Shown: piece by piece, positions 39,112 to 49,445 of the stretch
How the letters are laid out: every line of letters starts with the position of its first letter
How positions within the stretch are numbered: position 1 is the stretch's first letter
DNA from: Patescibacteria group bacterium
GTDB lineage: Bacteria; Patescibacteriota; Patescibacteriia; JBDRGY01
DNA length: 64,000 nucleotides
NCBI GenBank assembly: GCA_043817315.1
Contig: JBDRGY010000001.1
Location: forward strand, 9,732 to 73,731
Direction of reading: 5' to 3'
Position numbers and translations under genes: made by a program
The notes under the pieces: model-generated
Seen by the model: only the letters and a program-made list of their open reading frames with translations
Told to the model about the DNA's origin: nothing
Databases searched by the model: none

Positions 39112-40465
39112 GACAAGCCAACACAAAGAGAAAATAATCAAGCTTTTTGGCTGGGTCAATAATACCCGAAGAATGGGTAAAATTATTTTTGTTGACCTTA
39201 GAGACAAAAGTGGTTTAGTACAAGTAGTCTGCGGTCCGGAAATCAAAGGGGCTGATGAGCTGCGCTCGGAATTTGTAGTTGAAATAACCGGCAAAGTAGT
39301 GTCGCGATCTGAAAAAAATATCAATACGGATCTAGCCACTGGTCGGATTGAAGTGCAAGCCTCCGGTTTAGTGGTACTGGCCCAAGCCAAGACTCCGCCG
39401 TTTGAAATTGCCAAGGAAAGAACAGTAGAAGAAGAAACCAGACTGAAGTACCGCTACCTAGATTTGCGCTTACCGCGAATGAAGAGAAATTTGATTTTGC
39501 GGCATAAGGTCAATAAATTTTTCCGAACCTTTTTAGATGACAGAGGATTTACCGAAGTGGAAACTCCCATTCTATCCAATGCCACCCCAGAGGGAGCCAG
39601 GGACTACCTGGTACCTTCCCGGATTCAGAAAGGAAATTTCTACGCTTTACCCCAAGCACCGCAACAGTTTAAGCAATTGTTAATGGTGGCGGGCTTGGAA
39701 AAATATTATCAGATTGCCCGTTGTTTTCGTGATGAAGATACCCGGGGTGATCGCCAACCGGAATTTACCCAGCTGGATATAGAGCTGAGCTTTGTTACCA
39801 TGGATGACATTATGAAGCTGACCGAGAAGATGTTTATCGAGCTGGTCAAAGAGGTCTGTCCTGACAAGAAAATCACTTTAACTCCTTTTCCCAGATTATC
39901 TTACGCCGATTCCTTAGCCCAATACCAGACCGATAAGCCTGATCTGCGTAAAAACAAGAAGAACGCCAAAGAATTGGCTTTTTGCTGGGTGATTAACCCA
40001 CCACTATTCGAGTTTTCGGAAAATGAAAAAAAATTAATATCCACTCATCATCCATTTACTGCTCCCATAGAAGACCAGGCCAAGCATTTGGATAAAAAAC
40101 CGGAAAACGTCTTATCCCAGGCTTACGACATTGTCTTAAACGGCTACGAATTAGGGACCGGCAGTATCAGAATCCACGATTATAAACTGCAGGAAAAGAT
40201 TTTCAAGATACTGGGTTTGAAGGACAAGGAGATCAAGGCCAAGTTCGGCCACCTGCTGGAAGCGTTTAGTTACGGAGTGCCCCCGCACGGCGGCATCGCC
40301 CCGGGCATTGATCGTGTTATGATGATTTTAGCTGAGGAGCCCAATATCAGAGAAGTGATCGCTTTTCCCAAAACTTCTGATGCCAGGGATTTGATGATGG
40401 GAGCTCCGGCCGAAATTGACAAAAAACAACTAGGCGAATTAGGAATTGAGATAAAGAAAAAATAA
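39089..40465 (+). CDS. aspS: aspartate--tRNA ligase, bacterial-type motifs but lacking the GAD insertion domain (458 aa)
   Basis: FRDEDTRGDRQPEFTQLDIELSF, C-terminal GGIAPGIDRVMMIL, and N-terminal OB anticodon-binding domain. Confidence 0.8.
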   Translation: MERTPIIETSQHKEKIIKLFGWVNNTRRMGKIIFVDLRDKSGLVQVVCGPEIKGADELRSEFVVEITGKVVSRSEKNINTDLATGRIEVQASGLVVLAQAKTPPFEIAKERTVEEETRLKYRYLDLRLPRMKRNLILRHKVNKFFRTFLDDRGFTEVETPILSNATPEGARDYLVPSRIQKGNFYALPQAPQQFKQLLMVAGLEKYYQIARCFRDEDTRGDRQPEFTQLDIELSFVTMDDIMKLTEKMFIELVKEVCPDKKITLTPFPRLSYADSLAQYQTDKPDLRKNKKNAKELAFCWVINPPLFEFSENEKKLISTHHPFTAPIEDQAKHLDKKPENVLSQAYDIVLNGYELGTGSIRIHDYKLQEKIFKILGLKDKEIKAKFGHLLEAFSYGVPPHGGIAPGIDRVMMILAEEPNIREVIAFPKTSDARDLMMGAPAEIDKKQLGELGIEIKKK

Positions 40466-40466
40466 T

Positions 40467-40805
40467 ATGGATAATCAAAAAGAAGAGAAAAAGGATATTG
40501 TGGGAGAAAAAAAAGAGCCGGGTTTGTTTTACCTTATTATGGTGATTATTTTTAGTGTGGTTGGATACTTTATATTGTATTTTATTCTTTTATATTATGA
40601 AGTTGGTGATGCTTGGGGGGCCACAAGTCATCTCCCTGATTCAATTTACAGCCTTAAGGAAATATTAGTCGTCTTGTTTTTGGCATTAACCAGCTATTGG
40701 GCTAGCCGAAAACTCTTGCGCCACCGGCTTAGAAATTTTCTAATTATATTTTTTACAACTCTAATACTTCTTTTTGGTCTTATGTTTTTAATGTCGAAAT
40801 GGTAA
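40467..40805 (+). CDS. hypothetical small membrane protein
   Basis: Two to three hydrophobic segments. Confidence 0.35.
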   Translation: MDNQKEEKKDIVGEKKEPGLFYLIMVIIFSVVGYFILYFILLYYEVGDAWGATSHLPDSIYSLKEILVVLFLALTSYWASRKLLRHRLRNFLIIFFTTLILLFGLMFLMSKW

Positions 40806-40809
40806 AATT

Positions 40810-41127
40810 ATGCGACTTTCAAAATTACAAAAATACATTTTAATCCAGAGCCTGGGTCGCAAGCCCGGTCGTTTTGGCCGTAATGTTTTAAATCGGTTTT
40901 ACGACAAAGAAAAGAAAAAACCGTCGAAGAAAGACATCCAGAACATCATTACCAAAAGTATAGAAAGAATGATTGATAAAGAGTTATTGATTGGTTACGG
41001 CCGGCGGACGCCTCACATGTGGTTTATTGACGAAATTCAGCTGACTGGCAAGGGGAGAAGAGAAGCTAAGAAACTTTTTGGCCAGCAGCAGGCCCTGCCT
41101 TTTAAGAAGAGAAAGAAATTAACTTAA
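40810..41127 (+). CDS. hypothetical basic protein
   Basis: ORF only. No recognisable motif. Confidence 0.3.
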   Translation: MRLSKLQKYILIQSLGRKPGRFGRNVLNRFYDKEKKKPSKKDIQNIITKSIERMIDKELLIGYGRRTPHMWFIDEIQLTGKGRREAKKLFGQQQALPFKKRKKLT

Positions 41128-41142
41128 ACTTAATATAAAACT

Positions 41143-41640
41143 ATGCCAATTCCCAAATCAGTTTTAAGCTACTTAGACCAAAATAAAATAAAATACGATA
41201 CCGTGGAACACCGCACAGTTTATACCGCCTGGGATTCGGCCCAAACCCAGCATATCAAGCCGGATCAGGTGGTTAAGACTTTAGTGTTGAAATATGATGC
41301 CGGCCACTGCTTAGCTTTACTTCAAGCCAACAAAAATATTGACTTTGCTAAATTCAAGAAAGTATTGAACGCCTGGCTGAAGCAAGAAGAACAAAAAGCA
41401 GCCAAAAAGGTCAGCCTGGACAAAGAAGCCTGGATGAAAAAGAGTATTGTGGGCAAAGTGGGTGCCACTCCGCCTTTTGGTTCTTTACTGAAAATGCCGG
41501 TTTTTATCGATGCCCCCGTTCTCAAGCAAAAAAAGATTCAAGTTAATTCCGGCGATTACGATTTTTCCCTGCAGATTACTGCCAGCGCCTTAATTAAATT
41601 AGAAAACCCCATCAAAGGAAACTTCGGAAAGAAAAAATAA
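41143..41640 (+). CDS. YbaK/ProX-family aminoacyl-tRNA deacylase-like protein
   Basis: 165 aa. N-terminal pattern VLSYLDQNKIKYDTVEHRTVYT and GATPPFG are typical of YbaK/ProX editing domains. Confidence 0.55.
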   Translation: MPIPKSVLSYLDQNKIKYDTVEHRTVYTAWDSAQTQHIKPDQVVKTLVLKYDAGHCLALLQANKNIDFAKFKKVLNAWLKQEEQKAAKKVSLDKEAWMKKSIVGKVGATPPFGSLLKMPVFIDAPVLKQKKIQVNSGDYDFSLQITASALIKLENPIKGNFGKKK

Positions 41641-41643
41641 AAA

Positions 41644-42363
41644 ATGTATAAAATAAAATTAGAACAGTTTGAAGGACCTCTTGATTTACTGCTGCAGCTG
41701 ATTGAACAGCAGGAACTGGATATTACCACCATATCTTTATCTACAGTCACTGGTCAGTATTTAGAATATTTAGCCAACACTGAAAGTCTGGCCCCTGAAG
41801 AATTAGCCGATTTTTTAGTTGTAGCCGCTAAGCTGCTGTTGATAAAATCTAAAACTCTGTTGCCCCAGCTGGATTGGGAAGATGAAGATGCCGGTTCATT
41901 GGAAACCCATCTGAAGATTTATAAGGAATTTCTGGAAGCATCTTATGTAATCCAAAAAACGATACGCCGCCATAAATGGTCCTACACCAGGGAAACTTTG
42001 AAAACTTTTAACCTGACGCCGGTTTTTAGCCCGCCCCAGCATTTGACCACTATTGATCTGCGGGACATGTTCATCAGAATCATTAAAGATATTGAGCCTA
42101 TTGTGGAACTACCGGCCAGTGTGATCAGGAAAACCATTTCCATCAAAGACCGCATTGGCTATATCCAGGGGCTGATCAATGAACGCATTTCCGTCAATTT
42201 TTTGGCGGTATTGAAGGGAGCTAAAACTAAAACTGATATCGTAGTTACCTTTTTAGCCCTGCTGGAATTAGTCAAACAAAAGACAGTCGTAGTTACCCAA
42301 CCGTCAATTTTTTCCGATATAATTATTAAAAGAAATGAACCAAAGGAAGAGCTACATGAGTAA
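41644..42363 (+). CDS. scpA: segregation and condensation protein A
   Basis: LEQFEGPLDLLLQLIEQQELDIT N-terminus. Confidence 0.8.
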   Translation: MYKIKLEQFEGPLDLLLQLIEQQELDITTISLSTVTGQYLEYLANTESLAPEELADFLVVAAKLLLIKSKTLLPQLDWEDEDAGSLETHLKIYKEFLEASYVIQKTIRRHKWSYTRETLKTFNLTPVFSPPQHLTTIDLRDMFIRIIKDIEPIVELPASVIRKTISIKDRIGYIQGLINERISVNFLAVLKGAKTKTDIVVTFLALLELVKQKTVVVTQPSIFSDIIIKRNEPKEELHE

Positions 42364-42991
42364 AGCAAAATCAAAAATAGAAAGCCTTCTTTTTATTTCG
42401 CACAAACCTCTTTCTGTCCAAAAAATTGCTGAGCTGACCAAGTCCGAGAAAGAAACGGTCAAAAACACTCTAAATGAATTGATGCAGCAGTATCAGGAAG
42501 AAGAGCGCGGTTTTCAGATTATGAAAGTTGGTCAATCTTACCAGATGGTTTCGGCTCCGGACAATGGCAAGATTATCAAAGAGTTTCTCAAAGACGAACA
42601 GACTGGTGAGATGACCAAACCTTCATTGGAAACTTTGACCATTATCGCTTATCGCGGGCCCATTACCAAGGCCGAGCTGGATATGATCCGAGGAGTTAAT
42701 TGTAGCTTGATCCTGCGCAATTTGATGATCAAAGGGCTGGTGGAGTCTAAAGAAGACAAATCCAAGATGCAGACAGTCTACGGCATTACCTTTGATTTTA
42801 TGAGACACCTGGGTATTTCTCAACTGAAGGATTTGCCGGACTACGAAAAATTAAATCAAAATGACAATCTGGACAAACTACTTCATCCGGAAGAAACCGA
42901 GGCAGCCAAACAGGAACAATTACAAAGCGAATTAAATAATCAAGAAAGTAACCAAGAACCCGAGCCAGATGATACTGAAAATCCTTCTTAA
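42356..42991 (+). CDS. scpB: segregation and condensation protein B
   Basis: IESLLFISHKPLSVQKIAELT and ITKAELDMIRGV winged-helix motifs. Start chosen at the internal Met overlapping the scpA stop. Confidence 0.75.
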   Translation: MSKAKSKIESLLFISHKPLSVQKIAELTKSEKETVKNTLNELMQQYQEEERGFQIMKVGQSYQMVSAPDNGKIIKEFLKDEQTGEMTKPSLETLTIIAYRGPITKAELDMIRGVNCSLILRNLMIKGLVESKEDKSKMQTVYGITFDFMRHLGISQLKDLPDYEKLNQNDNLDKLLHPEETEAAKQEQLQSELNNQESNQEPEPDDTENPS

Positions 42992-43904
42992 TTTATTTTT
43001 CGTTTCCTATCTTTTGGTGCCGGTAGAGTCGACCGACCAGGCTATGGTTGCTACACTTGACGACGCCAACCAAGTAAGTTACCAGGTTACCAGCCATTAT
43101 TTGCCGGAGATTGGTAATAAATACAAACTACCGGCTAAATTAGGAGACTCTTTAGGCATAAAAGTGTCAGCTGATTCCGTGATTATTATTGATGCCAATT
43201 CGGGACAGGTGCTCTGGCAAAAAAACCCAGGACGCAGTCACCCCATTGCCTCATTGACCAAATTAATGACTGCCTACACCTTTTTGGGAGAGAATTACGA
43301 CTTAGATAAAGTTGTGGAAATTTCCTTAACCCAGAAAGAAGACCCAGAAGAATCCACTTTGAACGTATCCCGAGGAGAGCAGATTACCGTTTATGATCTC
43401 TTTTACTCTGCCTTGGTCGGTTCAGCTAACAACGCTACCCGTGAGCTGGCGACTTCTTTGGGCTATACCGAGAGTCAGTTTACGGCTCTGATGAACGAAA
43501 AGGCTCAAGGTCTGGGCCTGACTGAAACTAATTTTGTAGATGTGACCGGGATTAGCAAGGGTAATGTTTCTACAGCTTCTGACTACATAAAACTGGTAAG
43601 ACTGGCCCTCAATAAGGAGCTGATCCAGGACGCTACTACCAAATTAGAGCATCGTTTTACTACAGTTTCTGGTAGCGGCCATAATATTAAAAACAGCAAT
43701 AAGCTTCTAGAAAGAGATCTAAATATCATTGCCGGAAAAACCGGGTTTATCAACGAGGCCGGTTATTGTCTGGCCTTGAAAGTAGAGGATGACGAAGGAA
43801 ACGCCATTATCATTTTAAGTTTGGGCAGCGACAGCTCCTCAGCCCGTTTTGCTGAAGTAAAAAGCCTGGCCCAGTGGACTTTCTTAAATTATCAATGGGA
43901 TTGA
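42969..43904 (+). CDS. D-alanyl-D-alanine carboxypeptidase (S11, PBP5/6-like), secreted
   Basis: SxxK (ASLTKLM), SGN-like SAN, and KTG (AGKTGF). Confidence 0.7.
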   Translation: MILKILLNLFFVSYLLVPVESTDQAMVATLDDANQVSYQVTSHYLPEIGNKYKLPAKLGDSLGIKVSADSVIIIDANSGQVLWQKNPGRSHPIASLTKLMTAYTFLGENYDLDKVVEISLTQKEDPEESTLNVSRGEQITVYDLFYSALVGSANNATRELATSLGYTESQFTALMNEKAQGLGLTETNFVDVTGISKGNVSTASDYIKLVRLALNKELIQDATTKLEHRFTTVSGSGHNIKNSNKLLERDLNIIAGKTGFINEAGYCLALKVEDDEGNAIIILSLGSDSSSARFAEVKSLAQWTFLNYQWD

Positions 43905-43924
43905 ATTTAGCCTAAAAATACGAT

Positions 43925-44419
43925 ATGTTTAGTGTAGACTACGTCGAATTATTTCGAAGTGTCCCCGAAGGACTGGCCACCTTCTTAATTGCCACCATAC
44001 CTGTTGCTGAGCTAAGGGTGTCTATCCCAGTGGCCTTGAGCTCCTTTGATATGACCTGGGTCTCGGCCTACTTCTTCTCGGTTCTGGGCAATATTTTTCC
44101 CATAATATTTTTACTATGGTGGTTGGAGCCCATTTCTAAGTTTTTGAGCAGGCACTTTAAAATAATGGCCAAATTTTTTAACTGGCTGTTCGATCGAACC
44201 AGAAAAAAACACAGCCAGAAGTTTGATAAATGGGGAGCCATTGCCCTGATCACCTTTGTGGCCATCCCCCTACCGATTACCGGAGGTTGGACCGGAGCGG
44301 CAGCTGCTTTTGTCTTCGGTATTCCTTTCAAAAAAGCTCTCCCCTGGATTTTTCTGGGAATATTAATTGCTGGAATAATCGTCACCGTAGCCAGTTTAGG
44401 ATTCATATCAATATTTTAA
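43925..44419 (+). CDS. predicted small integral membrane protein (possibly small multidrug-export-like)
   Basis: Four TM segments, 164 aa. Confidence 0.4.
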   Translation: MFSVDYVELFRSVPEGLATFLIATIPVAELRVSIPVALSSFDMTWVSAYFFSVLGNIFPIIFLLWWLEPISKFLSRHFKIMAKFFNWLFDRTRKKHSQKFDKWGAIALITFVAIPLPITGGWTGAAAAFVFGIPFKKALPWIFLGILIAGIIVTVASLGFISIF

Positions 44420-44425
44420 AATCAA

Positions 44426-45196
44426 ATGAGATCACAACACATCATCGCCAACTGGAAAATGAACAAGGATTTAAAGGAAGCAGAAGTTTTTGCATTAGAG
44501 TTGGCGGAAAAGTTAAAAGGCACAGGCAAGGTGAGGGTAATAATTGCTGCGCCCTACATTCATCTGCCCTTCTTGAAAGATAAGGCTAATAAGAAAATCG
44601 GTTTGGCGGCCCAGAATCTATATCCCGGAGAGAAAGGTGCTTTCACCGGTGAAATCTCCGGCAATATGTTAAAGCCGTATGTTAGCTATGTCATCCTGGG
44701 GCATTCGGAGCGCCGCTCTCTTTTTGGTGACAACGATCAGCTAGTTAATGAAAAAATTCAATCGGCTCTGTTCTTTAACTTGCGACCAATTATCTGCCTT
44801 GGTGAAACAACCGAACAAAAGGAAAACGGTCAAACCAAGCAAGTACTTAATGACCAGCTGTCCGTTTGTTTAAAAGGCCTAAAGGCCGACGAGGTAGCCA
44901 AATGCATTTTGGTCTATGAACCGATTTGGGCCATTAGTTCTTCACCGGGCGCAACTGGACAAGGTGATAATCCGGAAAATGCCCAAGTGATGCATAAACT
45001 CATTCGACATTTTATTGAAGAGAAATTCGGGAAAGAATTAGCTGACAAAATTCCAATAATCTATGGTGGTTCCGTCAATCCCCAAAACGCCTCAGACCTT
45101 CTGGCCATGCCCGATATTGACGGGGGGTTGGTAGGCAAAGCCAGTTTGCCAGTTAACAGTTTTTTTGAGATAATAGAGATAGCAGCCAAACAATAA
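44426..45196 (+). CDS. tpiA: triosephosphate isomerase
   Basis: ANWKMN and catalytic motifs, 256 aa. Confidence 0.9.
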   Translation: MRSQHIIANWKMNKDLKEAEVFALELAEKLKGTGKVRVIIAAPYIHLPFLKDKANKKIGLAAQNLYPGEKGAFTGEISGNMLKPYVSYVILGHSERRSLFGDNDQLVNEKIQSALFFNLRPIICLGETTEQKENGQTKQVLNDQLSVCLKGLKADEVAKCILVYEPIWAISSSPGATGQGDNPENAQVMHKLIRHFIEEKFGKELADKIPIIYGGSVNPQNASDLLAMPDIDGGLVGKASLPVNSFFEIIEIAAKQ

Positions 45197-45202
45197 TAAC
45201 TT

Positions 45203-46063
45203 ATGTTAGTTTCTACAAAAGACATCTTACAGAAAGCCTTAAAAGAAAAATATGCAGTTGGGGCTTTTGATATTTACAACATGGAAGTGGCTTTGGCGGT
45301 GGCTCGGGCTGCTGTAGAAATGAAGTCACCAGTTATCATGTTGGTTTCCGAAACCACTCTAAAATACGCCGGGATAAAATCAATCGTCCATATAGTTTCC
45401 ACTATTGCTAAAAATGACGCTTTATCCGTTCCAGTGGCTTTACATCTGGATCATGGTAAATCCTTTAAATCAGTAGTGGAATGTATCAAGGCTGGATTTA
45501 CCTCTATTCATATTGATGCTTCTGATTTACCGATTGATGAAAACGTGTTGATAACTAAACAATCAGTAGATTATGCGCACAAAAACGGAGTCTGGGCCCA
45601 AGGCGAATTGGGGACACTCAAAGGAGAACATAGAGTCGGTGGAAAATTTGAAGGAGAAATACCCAAAACTGATCCCACTCAAGTGAAGGAATTTATCAAA
45701 AAAACTGGGGTTGATATGCTGGCAGTTGCAGTTGGACCGACTCATGGTATATATTCCAACGAGCGAGTTGATTTTGAACTACTGAAAAAAGTAAAACAAA
45801 AAGCTGGACAAACTCCTTTGGTTCTCCACGGTTCATCTGGCGTACCGGAAAATGAAATAAAAGAATCAATTAAATATGGAATTGCTAAGATTAACGTGGG
45901 TACAATTATTAGAAAAACATTTACTGACAGTTTAGTGGATACAATCAAGAATAAAGACAAAGATATGATAGACGTCAGAAAGATAATGCAGCCCTCTATC
46001 GATGCTGTTCAGGCCGTAGTCAAACACAAAATTGAAATTTTTGGCAGCGCCGGCAAAGCTTAA
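45203..46063 (+). CDS. fba: class II fructose-bisphosphate aldolase
   Basis: ALHLDHGKSF, 286 aa. Confidence 0.85.
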   Translation: MLVSTKDILQKALKEKYAVGAFDIYNMEVALAVARAAVEMKSPVIMLVSETTLKYAGIKSIVHIVSTIAKNDALSVPVALHLDHGKSFKSVVECIKAGFTSIHIDASDLPIDENVLITKQSVDYAHKNGVWAQGELGTLKGEHRVGGKFEGEIPKTDPTQVKEFIKKTGVDMLAVAVGPTHGIYSNERVDFELLKKVKQKAGQTPLVLHGSSGVPENEIKESIKYGIAKINVGTIIRKTFTDSLVDTIKNKDKDMIDVRKIMQPSIDAVQAVVKHKIEIFGSAGKA

Positions 46064-46081
46064 CCATTAAATAAATATAAT

Positions 46082-47089
46082 ATGATCAAAGTAGCCATTA
46101 ACGGATTCGGTCGCATCGGCCGTCCTGCCCTCAAAATAGCCTTAACCAAATCAGATTTGGAAGTGGTAGCCATAAACGATTTAACCGATGTGGAAACGTT
46201 GGCTCATCTGCTTAAGTACGATTCCAGTTATGGCATCTACCCCCAAGAAGTTACCACTACAGACAATTCTATCAAAATTGGCGATAAAGAAATTAAGATT
46301 GTTTCAGAGAAAGAGCCCGATAAATTACCCTGGAAGGATATGGGGGTTGATATCGTTATTGAATCAACCGGTCTTTTTACCAAGGAAGAGGATGCTTCCA
46401 AGCACCTAGAAGCTGGTGCCAAGAAGGTAATCATCTCTGCCAATGCCAAATCAGACTCGATACCTTATCTGGTGATGGGAGTCAACCAAGAAAACTATGA
46501 TCCCAAGAATAACGATATTGTCTGCAACTGTTCCTGCACCAGTAATTGTCTGGCCAATATTGCCAAAGTTTTAAACGATACTTTGGGCATTGAGAAGGGT
46601 TTAATGAGTACGGTGCATAGCATAACCAATACTCAGAGGATATTGGATCTGCCACACAAAAGCTTAAGGGAAGCCAGATCAGCCAGCCAGAATATAATTC
46701 CTACCGAAACCGGAGCGGCCAAATCAATCGGCAAACTGGTTCCGGAGTTGGATGGTATCATGCACGGCATGGCTTTCCGAGTACCCACCCCGGTGGTTTC
46801 TGTTGTGGACCTGGTAGCTTTGGTCAAAAAAGAAACCACCAAAGAGGAAGTTGATAAAATTTATATCGAAGCCGCCAGATCGGATGGCCTCAAGGGAATT
46901 TTGGGCGTCAGCTTGGAACCATTGGTTTCTATGGACTATAAAGGTAGCCCCTATTCAGCAGTTGTCGATCTGCCCCTCACTTTAGTAGTCAGCGGTAATT
47001 TGGTAAAAGTAGTGGCTTGGTACGATAACGAATGGGGTTATGCCAACCGCTTGGTGGAACTAACCGAATATATAGGAAAGAAATTATAA
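46082..47089 (+). CDS. gap: glyceraldehyde-3-phosphate dehydrogenase
   Basis: INGFGRIGR, SCTSNCLA, 335 aa. Confidence 0.9.
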   Translation: MIKVAINGFGRIGRPALKIALTKSDLEVVAINDLTDVETLAHLLKYDSSYGIYPQEVTTTDNSIKIGDKEIKIVSEKEPDKLPWKDMGVDIVIESTGLFTKEEDASKHLEAGAKKVIISANAKSDSIPYLVMGVNQENYDPKNNDIVCNCSCTSNCLANIAKVLNDTLGIEKGLMSTVHSITNTQRILDLPHKSLREARSASQNIIPTETGAAKSIGKLVPELDGIMHGMAFRVPTPVVSVVDLVALVKKETTKEEVDKIYIEAARSDGLKGILGVSLEPLVSMDYKGSPYSAVVDLPLTLVVSGNLVKVVAWYDNEWGYANRLVELTEYIGKKL

Positions 47090-47116
47090 AATAAATAATT
47101 TTGGGAGAAAAAGCGT

Positions 47117-47305
47117 ATGTTCAAGCTAAACCACAAACTGCTAGCCAATTCATTCTTTTGGTTTGCAGTCACTTGCGCCATCTTTGGCATCGCCACCCAA
47201 TATTCAGACAAGATCTGGATTGCTCCGGGCAGTTTCTATTTGGAATTAGCCATTATCTCCATGCTTGGCGGTATCTTTGTCGCCTTGAAGGAAAAGTACT
47301 TGTAA
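47117..47305 (+). CDS. hypothetical small membrane protein (62 aa)
   Basis: Two hydrophobic segments, followed by hairpin+T-run at about 47330-47375. Confidence 0.3.
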   Translation: MFKLNHKLLANSFFWFAVTCAIFGIATQYSDKIWIAPGSFYLELAIISMLGGIFVALKEKYL

Positions 47306-47497
47306 TCAAATAAAAACAAAAACAGTCAAAAACTGAAATTTTGGGTACCTGCTCAAAACTCAGTTTTTGTTTTTAAAGAGGCCCTATCGTCCCCGCCTAC
47401 GTACACTGCGGCGGGTAGGTAGTGGTTAGGACCCCACAACTATTCGCCTGCGGCTCAAGTGCGGGGCAAGCATCAGGTTCAATATAATTAGTAATAT

Positions 47498-47572
47498 GCC
47501 GCGTTCGTCTAGTGGCTAGGACGCTAGGTTCTCATCCTAGTAACACGGGTTCGATTCCCGTACGCGGTACCA
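47498..47572 (+). tRNA. tRNA-Glu (anticodon CTC), CCA encoded
   Basis: Hand-folded. Acceptor gccgcgt/acgcggt, D-arm gtct-agtggcta-ggac, anticodon stem ctagg/cctag with loop ttCTCat, T-arm acggg-ttcgatt-cccgt, 3' acca. Confidence 0.85.
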
Positions 47573-47600
47573 GAAATTCCGAAATTTAAATTGAGTATAA

Positions 47601-48248
47601 ATGAGTCGAGCTTATCCGATCAGCCGTTATTTTCTCTACTACCCGTTTCTGTGGAGAGTGAATGAAGTCAGGGGAATTGACAATCTGCCCAAGACAGGTC
47701 CTTTTATTTTGGCTGCCAACCACGTTAGCTACTGGGACCCTTTTTTTATTGTTATTCTGATCGTCAAACATCTAAATCGTAAAATCCACTTTATTGCTAA
47801 TCCCCGAATTTGGAATTGGCCGGGACGAAAGATAACCGCTGCTTATTCTGGCACTATCCATCTTGATTTATCTGACAAGGGAAAGGTGCTGGAACCTGCC
47901 TTGGCAGTTTTAAAGAAAAATGGGATTATCGGCATCTTTCCGGAAGGACATCAGCATCAGGGAACCAGTTTGGGTAAAGCGCGAACCGGATTGGCTCGCC
48001 TGGCCTTAGCCTCCCGAGTGCCTGTTATCCCGGTCGGCTGTTACGGGTTTGAGACACCATCATTATGGCTAAAAATAAAAAAATTACTACGCAAAAAAGA
48101 ACCGGTAGAAATATATTTTGGCGAACCAATCAATCTAGATCAATATTACAACCAACCAGTCGATAAAATGCTATTGGACAAGATTTCTAATCAGGTAATG
48201 CAAGCCATCGCTCAGTTGTCCAATAAATCCTACCCTTTCGTTGCCTGA
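47601..48248 (+). CDS. plsC: 1-acyl-sn-glycerol-3-phosphate acyltransferase
   Basis: NHVSYWDP (HxxxxD) and FPEG motifs. Confidence 0.75.
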   Translation: MSRAYPISRYFLYYPFLWRVNEVRGIDNLPKTGPFILAANHVSYWDPFFIVILIVKHLNRKIHFIANPRIWNWPGRKITAAYSGTIHLDLSDKGKVLEPALAVLKKNGIIGIFPEGHQHQGTSLGKARTGLARLALASRVPVIPVGCYGFETPSLWLKIKKLLRKKEPVEIYFGEPINLDQYYNQPVDKMLLDKISNQVMQAIAQLSNKSYPFVA

Positions 48249-48278
48249 TTTGGGGCAATCAGTTATCCTAAAAATGTT

Positions 48279-49412
48279 ATGCGTATAGCAATAATCACCC
48301 AATTATATTATCCAGTATTAGGCGGTATTACCGAACATGTTTATTATACCTATCAAGAGTTAACTAAGCTGGGCCACCAGGTGACCATAATCACTTCCCA
48401 TTTCATGGGGAGGAATTATGATAGGGGAGCGGACGTCATCAGGATAGGTTATGACATTCCTGTTCCCATTCCCATGAACGGTTCTTTCCCGGAGTTCAAT
48501 CTAGGCAAAGACGTTCCCAAAGAATTGAATAAGATTACCCGCCAGAAAAAATTTGACTTGATCCACATTCATAGCCCCCTAACCCCGCTGCTACCCTTTA
48601 TCGCTTTAAAAACCATAAAAGGTATTCCTAAGGTGGGCACCTTTCACACTTTCGGTCGTGACACCATGCTGTACCAGGTTTTTAAATATCCGCTGAAGAC
48701 TTTTACTAAAGAGTTGGACGGACGCATTGCCGTTTCCCCTGCAGCCAAAAAATACATATCCAAAAATTTTCCGGGGAACTATGTAATCATTTCCAACGGA
48801 GTGGATACGGTTCGCTTCAACCCCCATAATCCCGAGATCGCTGATTACGACGATGATAAATTCAATATTCTTTTCGTGGGACGGATGGACCCCAGAAAAG
48901 GATTGCGTCATTTACTGCTGGCCTTTCCCTATGTAAAAAAACAAATTAAGAATGCCAGGTTGATCATCGTGGGTGGTGGCCATCTCAAGGCCTACTATAA
49001 AAGTTTTGTGACTCAAGAACACAAAAACGATATCATCTTTGAGGGGTATGCTCCTTATGATGATTTACCTAAGTATTACCGGACAGCTGACATCTACTGC
49101 TCCCCGGCTACCGGGGGAGAGAGTTTCGGTATTGTTTTGATTGAGGCTATGGCTTCCGGTACCCCAATTGTGGCTTCTGACATTGATGGCTATCGCGACG
49201 TCTTAAGCGACGGCCAAGAGGGGCTGTTGACCAAAAATAAAGATAGTAAGGATCTGGCAGCAAAGATTATCAAATTGGCCAAGAACAAAAAGCTCAGAGA
49301 ACAGATGGGACAAAATGGGGTAAAAACCTCGCAGAAATATGGCTGGCCCAAGGTTACTAAACAAATAGAGGGTTATTATAAAGAAGTTTTAGCCAATTAT
49401 CGTAAGAAGTAG
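48279..49412 (+). CDS. GT4-family glycosyltransferase
   Basis: C-terminal GESFGIVLIEAMASGTPIVASD motif, 377 aa. Confidence 0.75.
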   Translation: MRIAIITQLYYPVLGGITEHVYYTYQELTKLGHQVTIITSHFMGRNYDRGADVIRIGYDIPVPIPMNGSFPEFNLGKDVPKELNKITRQKKFDLIHIHSPLTPLLPFIALKTIKGIPKVGTFHTFGRDTMLYQVFKYPLKTFTKELDGRIAVSPAAKKYISKNFPGNYVIISNGVDTVRFNPHNPEIADYDDDKFNILFVGRMDPRKGLRHLLLAFPYVKKQIKNARLIIVGGGHLKAYYKSFVTQEHKNDIIFEGYAPYDDLPKYYRTADIYCSPATGGESFGIVLIEAMASGTPIVASDIDGYRDVLSDGQEGLLTKNKDSKDLAAKIIKLAKNKKLREQMGQNGVKTSQKYGWPKVTKQIEGYYKEVLANYRKK

Positions 49413-49445
49413 ATAATAAACGGTACAAGGGGAGTCTTGTAGTAC

